A model generated the notes under the pieces. That model saw nothing but the letters and a program-made list of their open reading frames with translations. It was not told the DNA's origin and made no database searches. DNA of 63,318 nt, the filler included, from Octopus bimaculoides (taxonomy: Eukaryota): assembly GCF_001194135.2 (NCBI RefSeq). It is 5 parts of 5 records of this genome, joined end to end, with 100 filler letters (N's around TTAATTAATTAA, not from the genome) between each part and the next. Parts side by side here need not be neighbours in the genome. Positions count along the whole stretch, not along the records: positions 35,060 to 56,267 come from NC_069001.1; 4 more parts are not named here. The stretch is one strand, 5' to 3'. The first letter of the stretch is position 1. Each line of letters begins with the position of its first letter. The translations under genes and the position numbers were made by a program. This document shows, in pieces, positions 41,431 through 53,663 of this stretch.

Positions 41431-42097
41431 TATATTATTATTATTTAATTGAACACCATACATCCATTTCCAAGTAAGTTTATCTTCACCCTTTTGATGC
41501 GACTCTACTCTATACTGTTTTTCGCCTCCTTCTCTAATTCCCTTTTCTCTCCCTCCCTCTTTCACTGTTTTCTCTCTCTCTCTCTCTCTCTCTCCCCTCT
41601 TTCTCTTTTTCTCTCTCTTATTGCTCACATGTGACTGTCGTCCATCTTTCTTTTCTTCACATGACCATCTTTCTCTTCCTGCAGGGATGTTCAAAAGACT
41701 GGACGTTTTTTTCTCTTCTATCCTTCCTCTTTTCAAAGAAGATGTTTCTCCCAGCATTCACTATTTTCCTCTCGTTCTGGTCTAACGACCCTCCATGTCT
41801 GTTTTCGCTCGGTTTCCTTGTATGTCTCCACTGTCCTGTTTTCGTTCCCAACTTTGACCCTCCATAAATCCTAAATTTAATTTTAGAATTTATGGGAGCA
41901 ACTGTCTTTGAAGACTCATATTGTCATTGAATGCTCGAAATGAGGAGTAAATAGACAGCCAACAACTGATGAAGGGTTGTTTCTCTGTGTTTACTTATCC
42001 TGTTTTCCATTTTTTTCTCGTTATTTGCATATTTAACTCATTTGTTTTCGTATTTCATGTTATTTACACAGTTGGTGATGTCCTGTACCCATATAAG

Positions 42098-42210
42098 CAT
42101 TAGGAAGGGCATCCAGCTGTAGAAACTCTGTCAAATCAGTCCTCAATCAAATCATCCACCCCATGCTAGCATGGAAAGCGGACATTAAACAATGATGATG
42201 ATGATGATAT
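42098..42210 (+). mobile_element. RTE 3'-terminal fragment with internal deletion
   Basis: aggaagggcatccagctgtagaaactctg...catgctagcatggaaagcggacattaaacaatgatgat. Confidence 0.75.
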
Positions 42211-42213
42211 ATA

Positions 42214-42251
<38 letters not shown>

Positions 42252-42758
42252 AATAAGGTACTCAGATATCTGGATGGTTGTACATTTACAGATTTTTATT
42301 AACATGTAACATGTTTTTATAAATTAGCGCTTGCATCTATTCTTGTAGAAATCTGGAGAATCTACAAGAATAGATGCAANNNNNNNNNNNNNNNNNNNNN
42401 NNNNNNNNNNNNNNNNNNNNNNNNNNNNNNNNNNNNNNNNNNNNNNNNNNNNNNNNNNNNNNNNNNNNNNNNNNNNNNNNNNNNNNNNNNNNNNNNNNNN
42501 NNNNNNNNNNNNNNNNNNNNNNNNNNNNNNNNNNNNNNNNNNNNNNNNNNNNNNNNNNNNNNNNNNNNNNNNNNNNNNNNNNNNNNNNNNNNNNNNNNNN
42601 NNNNNNNNNNNNNNNNNNNNNNNNNNNNNNNNNNNNNNNNNNNNNNNNNNNNNNNNNNATTGATAATTTGATAATTGCTTTTTCGCAATGAAAACCGGTT
42701 AGAAGAAATCTTTATTAAAATATGCTTCCAGTTCAGCATTCTGGCTTTTTTTCATTTT

Positions 42759-42818
<60 letters not shown>

Positions 42819-42852
42819 TATTTTTATATTGCATTTCCTCTTTAACTTTCAG

Positions 42853-43033
42853 AATCAAGTTTTAGTAGCAGATCATATCTCAATGTTGTTAAAAGGGACA
42901 ATGGGCTGCGGCAGAAGCAAGCCACATTCTACCTCTTCCCTAGAGGAGGTAGATAAGGACTGCAGTGCATCCATGAGAAAGCATCCAAAGTCACATGCAT
43001 GTAAAAAAGGTGACAAATCATCTCACAGAATCG
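42853..43033 (+). CDS. Probable first coding exon of a lipid-anchored protein (MGCGRSK N-terminus, ATG at 42901)
   Basis: Acceptor tttcctctttaactttcag, donor atcg|gtgagta (phase 1). Exon is open in frame. MGCGRSKPHSTSSLEEVDKDCSASMRKHPKSHACKKGDKSSHRI fits the MGxxxS/K myristoylation plus Cys3 palmitoylation pattern. Confidence 0.65.
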
Positions 43034-43204
43034 GTGAGTAACCAACAGGTGTCATGTTTTTTTATGTATTTTTGTTATCTTGTTTAAATTGTACAAAAGT
43101 CTTGAATTGTCTTACTATTTCTCCACCATGCAATTCCTCACAGTTGCCAGTAATGTTAGGCCCCTCAACTTCTTTGCTGGTTACACCATGTACATGCCCT
43201 AGCT

Positions 43205-43410
43205 TCAACTATAAACCAAATACTAAGGCCAGAAAATACATAAGCTCTAATCAATTGCTGACCCCTTACCCTAATCCTACATGAAAGCTACATTAGTGTA
43301 TTACTGCCATATCTAAGACACAGCTCTTATTTCGCACATAAACATTTTAAACTTCATCCAAAAGAAAGCAGTTAAACTAATAAGTATTGACTCACTCACC
43401 AAAACTGTGA
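43205..43410 (+). mobile_element. Highly decayed CR1/L2-group LINE fragment
   Basis: KARKYISSNQLLT... and ...NILNFIQKKAVKLI resemble the post-RT region of CR1/L2 ORF2. Confidence 0.4.
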
Positions 43411-43567
43411 CTTATAAATGTACTCTGTCCTATCTCTGCCCCTTCTCTTTGCTCTCACAAAAGCCTCTGATGTTGCTAGTTGCACCGATGGCTGCACCTT
43501 CCTCTTAGGTGTATATCTTGTTGTTAAACTTAGATATATGGCCGTTGAGTGTGGTCTTGGTACTCAC

Positions 43568-43622
43568 ACCCACCATATGTAGATGTGACCATCTTTTTTA
43601 TATGAATATATTTGTCACATAC
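43568..43622 (-). other. Candidate 55-bp exon (possibly untranslated)
   Basis: Acceptor gtcttttatttatcacag and donor ggt|gtgagta in unique sequence. Confidence 0.25.
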
Positions 43623-44160
43623 CTGTGATAAATAAAAGACATAGAGATAGATAAAGTAAATAAAACTAAAGGGCATGGATACATACAACATATGAAGCGA
43701 ACCCATACATACACACACACACACATGAAATTTCATGGAAGGCCATAACAATGTCAACAATACAACTAGCAACGTCAGCAGCAGTGGCAGTGCCAACAAT
43801 GGCAATAACAACAACAACTACCATGATTGCGACATGCACATAAACATATGCGCACATAAGGATACACATCTTAGAAGAACAGAATGGAGTAAGTGGAGCA
43901 TGAACACACACATAAACGATAAGTGTCACTGAAGAGGTCACAGGTGTGTGACAAACAGATTTCCAGACAATGGACATGAGTTAGAATAATAAAATAAGAC
44001 CAGTAATAAATAATTGAAGAAAAAAATATCGTGCATGTGTTTATTTAGCAAAAAAAAAAAAGAAAAATTGACCATCCTGAAATACAACAATATCTGTTTC
44101 AGCACAATTTCACATCAGGAATCTTGCAAAACGAATTGATAAACATACACACACACATAC

Positions 44161-46550
44161 ATTATCATCATCATCGTTTAACATCCGTTTTCCATACTGG
44201 AATGAGCTGGATGGTTTGACTGAGATCTGGAAAGCCAGCGACTGCACCAGGCTCCAATCTAATCTGACAATGTTTCTACAGCTGGATACCCTTCCTAAAC
44301 CGACCACTCCGAGAGTGTAGTAGGTACTTTTTACGTGCCATCAGCACAGGAGCCAGTCAGGCGGGCCTGGCATCAATCATGTTCAGATAGTACTTTTTAA
44401 GTGCCACTGGCATGGGAGCCAGTCAGGGAACACTGGCATCAGCCACATTCGGACAGTGCTTTTTACCTGCCACCGACACAGGAACCAGTCAGGAGGCACT
44501 GGCATTGGCAACGTTTGGATGGTGCTTTTTGCATGCCACTGGCATGGGGAGCCAGTCAGGCGGACCTGGCATCAACCACGCATGAATGGTGCTTTTTTAT
44601 GTGCTACCGGCACGGGAGCCAGCCAACGGGCACTGGCTACAGCTACAATTTTGGTTTTACTTGACTCAACAGTTCTTTCTAAGCATATCATATTGCTCAA
44701 CGCATCAAGAGTACTTTTAAATGGGCCAGACATGCAACACTAGCATCAGCCATGGCTGTGATCTCACTTTAGTCGCCAGGTCTTCTCAATCACAGCATAT
44801 CTTCAAAGGTTTCGTTCTCCTGTCACTGCCTCTGTGAGGCCCAACGTTCAAAGGTCATTCTTCACCGCCTCATCCCATGTCTTCCTGGGTCTACCTCTTC
44901 CACAGGTTCCTTCCACAGTTAGAGTGTGGCACTTCCTCACACAGCTGTCTTCATCCATACATGACACATGACCATACCAGCACAGCCATCTCTGTTGCAC
45001 ACCACATTTGATGCTTCTTATGTCCAACTTTTCTCTCAGGGTGCTCACACTACCGTGTATGCACACTGACATTACACATCCAGTGGATCATACCAGCTTC
45101 ATTTCTTTCAAGCCTATGCATGTCCTCAGTAGTCATGGCCCATGTTTCACTGCCGTGTAGCATGGCAGTTCGCACACATGTTACATACAGTTTGCCTTTC
45201 ATCCTGAGTGAAAGGCCCTTTGTCACCAGCAGAGGTAGGAACTCTCTGAACTTTGCCCAGGCTATTCTTATTCTAGCTGCTACACTCTCAGAGCAACTAC
45301 CCCCACTGCAGACTTCGTCACTTAGGTAGCTGAAGCTATCAACTACTTCTAGTTTTTCCCCCTGGTGTGTGATGGAATCTGTTTTCTGTCCATCTTCAGT
45401 GTTTATTGCTCCTGTGCATCTGCCACACACAAAAACTATCTTCCCAGTTAACCTTCCTTTGATATTACTGCACCTTTATGTGTCCACAGCTTACACCGGG
45501 TACATCGTATGGAGTTTCTACTCACCCTTTTTCTACAGATTGCGCAGGGCCATCTACCTGAAGGGGTTTGTGATTTGTCAGCCTTCCTACTTACTAAGAC
45601 TTTGGTTTTTGCTAGGTTAACTCTAAGACCCTTCAATTCTAGACCTTGCTTCTACACCCTAAACTTCGTCTCTAGTTCTGGCAATGACTTGGTTATTAGA
45701 GCAAGGTCATCAGCATAGAGGAGCTCCCAGAGGCAGCCTGTCCTCTATTATTGCCTGGAGGACTATGATGTATAAAAGGGGGCAGAGGACTGAGCCTTGG
45801 TGAACCCCTATGTCTACCCGGAATTCTTCACTATACTCGTTGCCAACCCTCACCTTACTGACAGTGTCCCTGTACAGGGCTTGCACAGCTCTTAACAACT
45901 GCTCGTCTATCCCTAATTTCCACATTGACTATCAGATAAGGGATCAGGACCCTGTCAAAGGCTTTCTCCAAGTCAACAAAAGCCGAATACAGAGGTTTAT
46001 CTTTGGCGAGATATTTCTCCTGCAGTTTCCTTACCAGAAATATAGCATCAATGGTGCTTCTGCTTGGCATAAAACCAAACTGCATCTCATCTAGACTAAC
46101 TCTCTCTCTTACTAATTGGGCTATGACCCTCTCTCTGACTTTCATCACCTGATCCAACAATTTGATACCTCTGTAATTATTTCTATCTAAGACATCACCA
46201 TTACCTTTGTAGCAGCTGACTATAGTGCTGCTACACTAGTCATTGGGTATGACTCCTTCATGAACTACCTGATTTATGATGCGGGTGACAAGACCACAAC
46301 CCACACCGCCTGATATTTTAAGCATCTTAGTGGTGATTCCTGATGGGCCAGGTGCTTTCCTTGTCTTCATATCCTTAATTGCTTTATCTACCAGGGTACT
46401 GTCAATTTTGGTAGCTGGTCCCTCAATTGGGTCAACCTTTAGCAGACTCTCCTCCTTCCATTCATTCTCCACATTCAGCAGTCTTTTATAATGGCATCTC
46501 CAAGCCTCTTTCTTTACAGTCATTAAACGCAAGGGCACCATCTTCCATGC
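44161..46550 (-). mobile_element. 5'-truncated RTE-clade LINE (degenerate ORF2 RT plus 3' UTR, (GAT)n tail)
   Basis: KAPGPSGIT, QFGFMPSRSTIDAIF, FVDLEKAFDRV, GVHQGSVL, LLYADDL (45706-45717), MLHGSETW, GRGRPRKTW. Frameshifts and stops present. 3' end ...ggatgttaaacgatgatgat. Confidence 0.92.
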
Positions 46551-46610
46551 ATTTTTTGTTTTGTTTTTTCTCTAAAAAAATACATACATAAATATATATA
46601 TATATACACA

Positions 46611-46672
<62 letters not shown>

Positions 46673-46689
46673 TGTACACATATATACAA

Positions 46690-49600
46690 AGTATGGGGGT
46701 TTAGTTCACAGGGGATCTAAACAATTAGTTACGCTAGGTAAGTGCTGTCACGGATTACTGGGGCTCCAAGGTTATAGTCGAGACAGTAGTTATGGAGCCA
46801 TTGCAGATTTCCAATGCAGCAGATATATAATTGTTAAACAAGAGGTCAAACATTAAGGCAAGGCAAACATCTCAAGTCATATACGATATTATTACAGGAA
46901 GAAATTCAAGATCTTAGAGCAGTTTCTGGCATATTCTCGAGTATGAGATATTCCGTCATCAGAGATAAATTAGGGAAAAAATATGGAAAATGAGAACGGT
47001 ATATGTCAGTAAGATGATAACATAGAGGAAGGGAGTAAGAGAATAAGGAGAAGGAAAAGAGGCATAAAAGTTCATAGTTCAATTTTCCAAAGTTACATCC
47101 ATGAGTGTAATTCTTTAGGTGCAATCCTGCATATATCCATGTGGGTTAAAGTCCTTATATAGTAGACATCCCAAGAAAAAGACGCTAACATATCCAAGTT
47201 CAATAACAGAATGATAGCAGAGGTGGCTGTTAATTGGTAAAAGTAGAGAAAAGAAAAGAAGTAGAAAGAGGGGTGGATAGAGTGAGGTAGGGACTGGCTA
47301 AATGATAAAGTAATGCGTATGGTGTCTAAGAGTTGTGTATGGGGTAGCCAAGAAGATAAGAGAGAGAGGATGAAGAGGTAGAGGAAGATAGGGTAAAAAA
47401 ATAGAGCGAAATGAAAGGAAAGATATCCCGTAGTTTCAAAGTCTAAAGTTGTTGGGGAGGAAGTTTTGTATCATTTGTCTGTCCTGGCTAAGGTCAGTGG
47501 CTGCAGAGTTATTTTTAGCCATGGGGCTATGTGTGCATAGGTGGTCAAGAAAGTAAGAGGTAGTTGAATATTAAATTATTTATGAGTGGGAGTTGGAGTT
47601 AGGGGTTTATATTAGGGGATTTTTGGGGGTAAGGTTTAAAATAAATTAAGGATAAATTAAAGAATTAATATTTATCTAATAGTGTGATGAGGTACGGTAG
47701 ATACATAAGAGGTAAGACATAAGATAGAAATAAGAGTTATAAAGGTATAGGAGGGATATGTGTTAATGATCATAGGAGTTTGTATGTGGGTGCTATTAGT
47801 GGGGGATGAGCTTACATTTAGATTTATGAAAGAATTTAGATGTGTGAAAGAATTTGTGCTTACACATAGTGAAGGCCTCATATTTATTAAGCAATTATGA
47901 TGAGTTGTGCGTTAGAATTTTCAGAGCTTCTTTTAAGCAAAGTCTACAACTAGAGTGTTGGACCTGATATGGGGCACCCAAGCCTATTATTTTCCAGGAA
48001 AGTTTATAATTCATTTTTCTATTAATTAGATGGTGTATGTGGCTAGCTATTGATGTGGAATTACTATTCTCCTTATATTTAAGCAAGCTTGAATGTGTGT
48101 AATACCTTTGTGTTAGAACCAATGTAGTAGCTACAGGAATTATTTACCATGTTGTGAACAGTGCATTGGTATACGACATTGAATCTTCTGCATTGGGCTT
48201 GCAGTGGGCAATCTGCCTGGGATCTGCAGTTGCTTTATCAGTTCCACTGTGGTTAATTGGAGAGAGAGATGAGGTAGTGCTGGTAGTGGCTTGGGTGGTA
48301 TTATGTGAATCGATCGTGATATTGCTGCTATTATTGCTGTCGTTTCTAATATCTATGCAATCGTTACCATTATTATTGTCATTATTATTATTATTAGTAG
48401 TAGTAGTAGTAGTTTTGGTAGTGTTACTAGTAATAGTAGTAGTAGCAGCAGCAGCAGTAGTTGCAGCAGCAGGGGCAGTGGTAATATCATTAGTAGTAGT
48501 GTTAGTATTGGCAGTAGTAGAGGAGGTAGTATTAGTGATGTTATCATTACACTATTAATAGTTGTGTTAGTGGTGGGAGTGTTAATAATAGTACTGTTTT
48601 CAGTAATGGTAATATTGCCAATGGTGTTAATATTAATATTATTGCTATTCCTATTAGTAGTTGAAGTATATGTATTATTAGTTTGTAGTAGTTATAATGT
48701 AATTAGTATTGTTAGTATCAGTGTGCCTATTAGTGTTTGCATTTATTTCAGGTGTGCGCCCATTACCCTCAGAGGTGGGGACTATATTATGTAGTGTTCA
48801 GGCTATGAGTGTTAGATATGTTATTGCGATCGGTGTTAGTATTTCTGTTGTGTAGGTCTATGGTAGGGTTGTATGTATTTAAGTAGTAGGAGCTAAGTTT
48901 GTTTGTTAGATGAGGTGATAATAGATTCTATATTTGGTGCAGGTGAATAGGATAATTTCAAAGTGGATCTGTTAAAGATAGAATGGTACTTGTTGTTACA
49001 TGGGAAATTGGACTCTACTATTCTAAAGAATGCTTTAGTAAGGCCCTTAACATTTAAAGCGAATGGAGGTGTATACCAGAGAATAGATCTCCTGCCGCTT
49101 TTATTAGGCAAGTTAAGGGAGGTGTAATTCCTAGTGAGTGTTAGAGAGTTGGGAGGTCTAATGCTAATATTAGTGCTCGTAGATCTAGTGTTATGCGTGC
49201 GGGTGCTAGGTGGGCGAGATTGACTGATCATAGTAGGAGGGGTTGGATTTCCAATATTTGTACGGGTTTGTCCCAAGCTAAGTTTTGAGAGGTGTTCCTT
49301 AAGTCTAGTGTTGGATATAAATCTAATTTTCTGGGAGAAGCCACTAGCAGCTGGAACTTGATTATAGTAGTTGGCATAGTTATTGAAGATTTTTTCATTG
49401 GCAGATAGATCGGATGTTCTGATGGATATGCCTTTGATTATGCTCTGGAAAGTAGATTTATGGTGGCTAGATTCTGTGTTGATGTATCTAAGGTATTCAT
49501 TGGGTTTATGATTTGGGAAGTATAGTGAAGAGTTTAAATTTAAAGTAACATCTGGAAATTTTGCTGTCCTGTAGGAGTTTTCAAAAGAGATAGATAAGTC

Positions 49601-50022
49601 AAAGTTTGCAAAGAATTTGTGTTTTCTAGTTGTTTCTAATACAGAACCATAAGTTTACATTTAGTTTTTCTCTAATGGAGGGTATGACTCTGTCTAGTAT
49701 ATTTGTGCTAATTTGTCCTAAATCCAATTTGGTGAGTCTAATAGAGGGTTTGGTTAAGAAGTCTACTTCTACTGCTACTACTACTATTACTAATAATAAT
49801 AATAATAATAGTAATGATGATAATAATTACAACAGCGATGCCGATAATGATAATGATGATAATAATAATAATAATGGTAACGCTCACATAGATATCGATA
49901 CTAGACATGACAGCAATAATAGTAGCAATATCATGATCGATTCACATAATATCACCCAAGCCACTACCAGCACTACTTCATCTCTCTCTCCAATTAACCA
50001 CAGTGGAACCGATAACTGCAAG
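46690..50022 (-). mobile_element. Rearranged Penelope-like element (RT N-part and thumb, linker, GIY-YIG endonuclease, 3' repeat region, inverted 5' segment)
   Basis: RLTKLDLGQISTNILDRV (49760-49650); FPDVTLNLN...YINTESSH; ILWYTPPFALNV...IFNRSTLKLSYS; CPLQAQCRRFNVVYQC...YYIG; WKII...CRLCLKEALKIL; decayed hammerhead at 46911-46966. Confidence 0.85.
46911..46966 (-). ncRNA. Degenerate minimal type I hammerhead ribozyme of the Penelope-like element
   Basis: ATCT-CTGATGA-(stem II GGaATAT.CTC/GAGAATATGCC)-GAAAC-TGCT-CTA-AGAT. Stem I ATCT/AGAT is intact. Positions 11.1 and 16.2 are mismatched. Confidence 0.7.
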
Positions 50023-50029
50023 ACAGCCG

Positions 50030-52570
50030 TTCTTGGGTCATTGTGCTTCTTAAATATGAACAGATTCTATCCAATGTTGAGAAACTTCTCTCATTAGTGA
50101 CTGATGTTAAGGGAATGGTCAGCACTAGCTTAATTAGTTTAATGGATTCCAGCATAGCAGAAGTCAACTCTAATTTATACAGTAATTCTAAAAAGGAGTT
50201 GATTGACTTGCACTTTTTGAAATCACTGTCAATATACATATATTTTAGCTCGTTCACTAAGCTCTTACAGTCAAAAATACAGGGATACTTGTTTTCTAGA
50301 GAGTCCATATGTTGCATGGGAAATGAGTTGGCAAACTCTTCAAACTTAACATTTAGTAATTCAAAAAATGCATATTCGTGAATGACAGAAAATCTCTCTC
50401 ATAAGGACATTAGAATGTTATCAATTATTTCAAAATAGGTAGTTTTGTAATTAATTTGTGCACCTTTGACTCTTTTTCTAGGAGGAGGATCAGGCTCATC
50501 TGCCTGTTCAATGACAGCAGCTGTATCACACAGAATGTTTTCATAATGTTCATCCTTACCATAACCTTCAACACAATGAATGAAGTCATTTAGTTTACTC
50601 TGACCATACTTTATGTCGAGTAGCTTACACTGTAGAATAGCAAAGGCTTTTGCAACCTGATAAATTATGCTATGAAAGCAATTGATGAAAAACATGAATG
50701 TGAAATCATTCAACTTTGTCAATAGATTGTCTGTTTGACAAAGCGTATCTTCACCCAGCTTTTCACTAGAGCCTAGAATACTTGTGAAGACATTTTTCAA
50801 ATTTTGATGCAAGTTTTATGGACAACACAGTTCTTGATCTTTCGCACAGTGATGGAATACTGATATTAAACTGCCTGAAAATGTTTTTCCCACTTGGTAT
50901 TGGATGATGTAAATTTACTAAATGCACATTAATGAGAAAAAACATTTTTACTCTACTCACCTTCTCAGCACTTTTACTCAAGACTAAGTTAAGTTTATGC
51001 ACATGTGAATGAAGTGCGTGTGTTTAAATCCTCTATTCCTTAGCTTGCTTTGTACTCCATTTAGGTTCCTGCCATTACAACTGCTCCATCATAAATCTGG
51101 CTCACTAATTTATCTGTGGCATCATTGAAGGAGTTCAATGTAGTTTCAATCACATCAGCCAGTGTTGTAGCACTTTTATCATCACTGACTTCATAGAATC
51201 CAAGAAATCATACAAGTGTTTTGTCTTCATATACATATCTTATTATGATCGATAGTTGGGCATGTATTGCACAGTCTGTAGTTTTGTCAGCTTGTACAGA
51301 CATAAACAGAGCTTTATCAACTTCACTTCTAATTTCATCAGAAATGATATTTCCAATCGCTTATATTAGGTCATTTTGTATTGTGCTTGAGACTCCTGAA
51401 GACTGTTTCAACCCCTCTTTAGTAGAAAGTCTAGAAGCAAACACACTGTCGATTTCAGCAAAGCACCGCAATAATTCACAGTAATTTCCTCTATTAAGGC
51501 TGTTACTTCCTTCATCATGTCCACATAAAGGCAACTCTTGTTTACACAGGTATAACACTGCATTTGTTAACTGCTCTAAATAGTGTCTATTTAGCTGCTT
51601 TGTTATGCCGTTCTTTTTCCAGTTTAGCAGACTCACTAATAGCTGTCACAATATCATACAGTCCGAAAGTTTTCAAGATTTTATAACTACTTAAATTACT
51701 TGATTTGGATGTTTTCATAATTATTATAGCCTCCATCTGTCCATGATTGATTAGCTTTTGGTTGAAACAACAAACATGGCCAGCAGTAGAGTTTCTCTGT
51801 GATGCTAATTGCACAAAGCCAATCAGTCTGTCATACCATTTTATCTGGAATGTTTGGGTTCCAACTGTGGTTTTCAATGAAGGAGTCAGCCTGCCTGCTC
51901 AAAGAATTTCACTTTTTCCCACAATATTTCTAGCCCCAAATAACTTATTTTTATATCTAGCACTTTGTCTTTCTCCATTTCTAAGTCAAGGGTAAAACTA
52001 AAGCAACCCTGCAAAACACAACTGATCTTTACACACAGACACACAGAATAACAGCAATCAAATAACAACAGCAGAGTGCACAACAAACATCAGCAATCTG
52101 AATGTCAACTGTATTCTTGACAAGAGATTCCAGTTTGTCTTTTACACCTACAGCCTGAGTTGCTGGATAATTCTTCATTCCTTTAAGAATATTGTAGAAT
52201 GGAAACTTTCCACAGATTGGAATTTAAATCCTAACTTCTATAGAAATTTATTGTTTCAAGAAAACATTGAATTTTAATTACTTTTAATTTTTACTCAAGC
52301 TGTATCTTCTGAGCCCAAGTCAGGGACGTGTGAATAATGTCAAGAGAAAGTCTGTTATGAATGATATTTTTTGACAAAGGTCATTTCTAAGACGAGCGCC
52401 AGACATTGAACGAAAATAAATGAACTGCAACCAGGCTCAATATAAGGTGCCCGAGTTATTGGTTGCAATTGCATACTTGAAGTCAGTGTTGGCAGAAATT
52501 AAATCAGCTTGCAAATACACGTTCACTTTACTGAATTTATACTCAGGCCAAAGTGTCAGAGTCACCACTG
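50030..52570 (-). mobile_element. hAT DNA transposon remnant (ZMYM1/Tip100-like transposase pseudogene, about 51978-50030), 3' end lost
   Basis: Across frameshifts: TFQIKWY..WLC...LYCWPCLLF (TTF-like finger); LCKQELPLCGHDEGSNSLNRGNYCELL (DUF4371-like); LVLTIPLTSVTNERSFSTL...LRSTMTQERLS (hAT dimerisation). Putative terminus CAGTGGTGAC at 52570. Confidence 0.85.
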
Positions 52571-53045
52571 ATATATACATATATACTTCAAATATAAGGA
52601 TAAAATTCATATATACATATATATATATATATAGATAGATAGATAGATAGATACATACATACATACATACATACATACATACATACATACATACATACAT
52701 ACATACATGAGTAACAAAGAGGTACAGGTGTCAATTCATTTCCAATGACTTCTTTAATTGATTAATGAGAACATTACATCATTGTAAAGAAACTGTTTTC
52801 GTCAGATGAATTTATGATCTTCACACATAAAGGACAGTTCACCTTATTCAACATAGTTGGCAAATTCTTGGAGTCTACACACATGCACACACACAAACAT
52901 ACATACACACACACACACTTTCTCTCACACCATTGATCCTGCTACCATTCAGTTGGCAGAATTCTGCCAAGAATAGAAAAGACATTTCTATTCCTTTTTT
53001 CCAATATTTAATACTGTACTAGGGACTTTCTATTGCTTATTCTAC

Positions 53046-53100
<55 letters not shown>

Positions 53101-53663
53101 GGAGAAATCCAAGAAAGTTAGGGGTTGTGAATCCAACCCACTAAGGGATAATATCTATCCAATATACTGCTGGAAGAATACCCAATTATTACACTAGTGT
53201 TTTTTCATTGCATGGCAATTACATTACGAAGTGCAATAAATGGGTGCGAGAAAAAGGATATTTTACCATTAATTTGTATGGCAATAAGAAAATAGAGGGG
53301 AATAGGTGGTATTCATCAACTTGCAGACATTGTATTGTATCAATTTACTTGCTTATTTGTTTACTAAAAGGACAATAATAACAATATACAAACACATGCA
53401 ATATATTATGTCATATCAGTAATTAAAAAATGACATATAGTGACAGAAAATGGGATAATGTCTTACAGCTGTTTCAGTCTAGGCTTGACATGCCTCGTTC
53501 TATCTTGATCACTCCAGAAGACTGAAGTAATTAATACATGAAATAGATAAATTAGAGGTACATGGGTGATTCTCTAGGCCTCTTGAGAGATTTTATAAAC
53601 TTCATAAGGTTAAGTTAAAAATATAAAAACCGTAAAAACCCACATATATATGCATACTTTAAC

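Noticed and set aside
42331-42379. Perfect 19-bp inverted repeat with 11-nt spacer
   Set aside because: It ends exactly at a contig gap, so it is most likely a read fold-back artefact; unverifiable here.
48154-48794. Hydrophobic V/L-rich ORFs resembling membrane proteins
   Set aside because: They are the antisense reading of the triplet-repeat linker inside the Penelope-like ORF.
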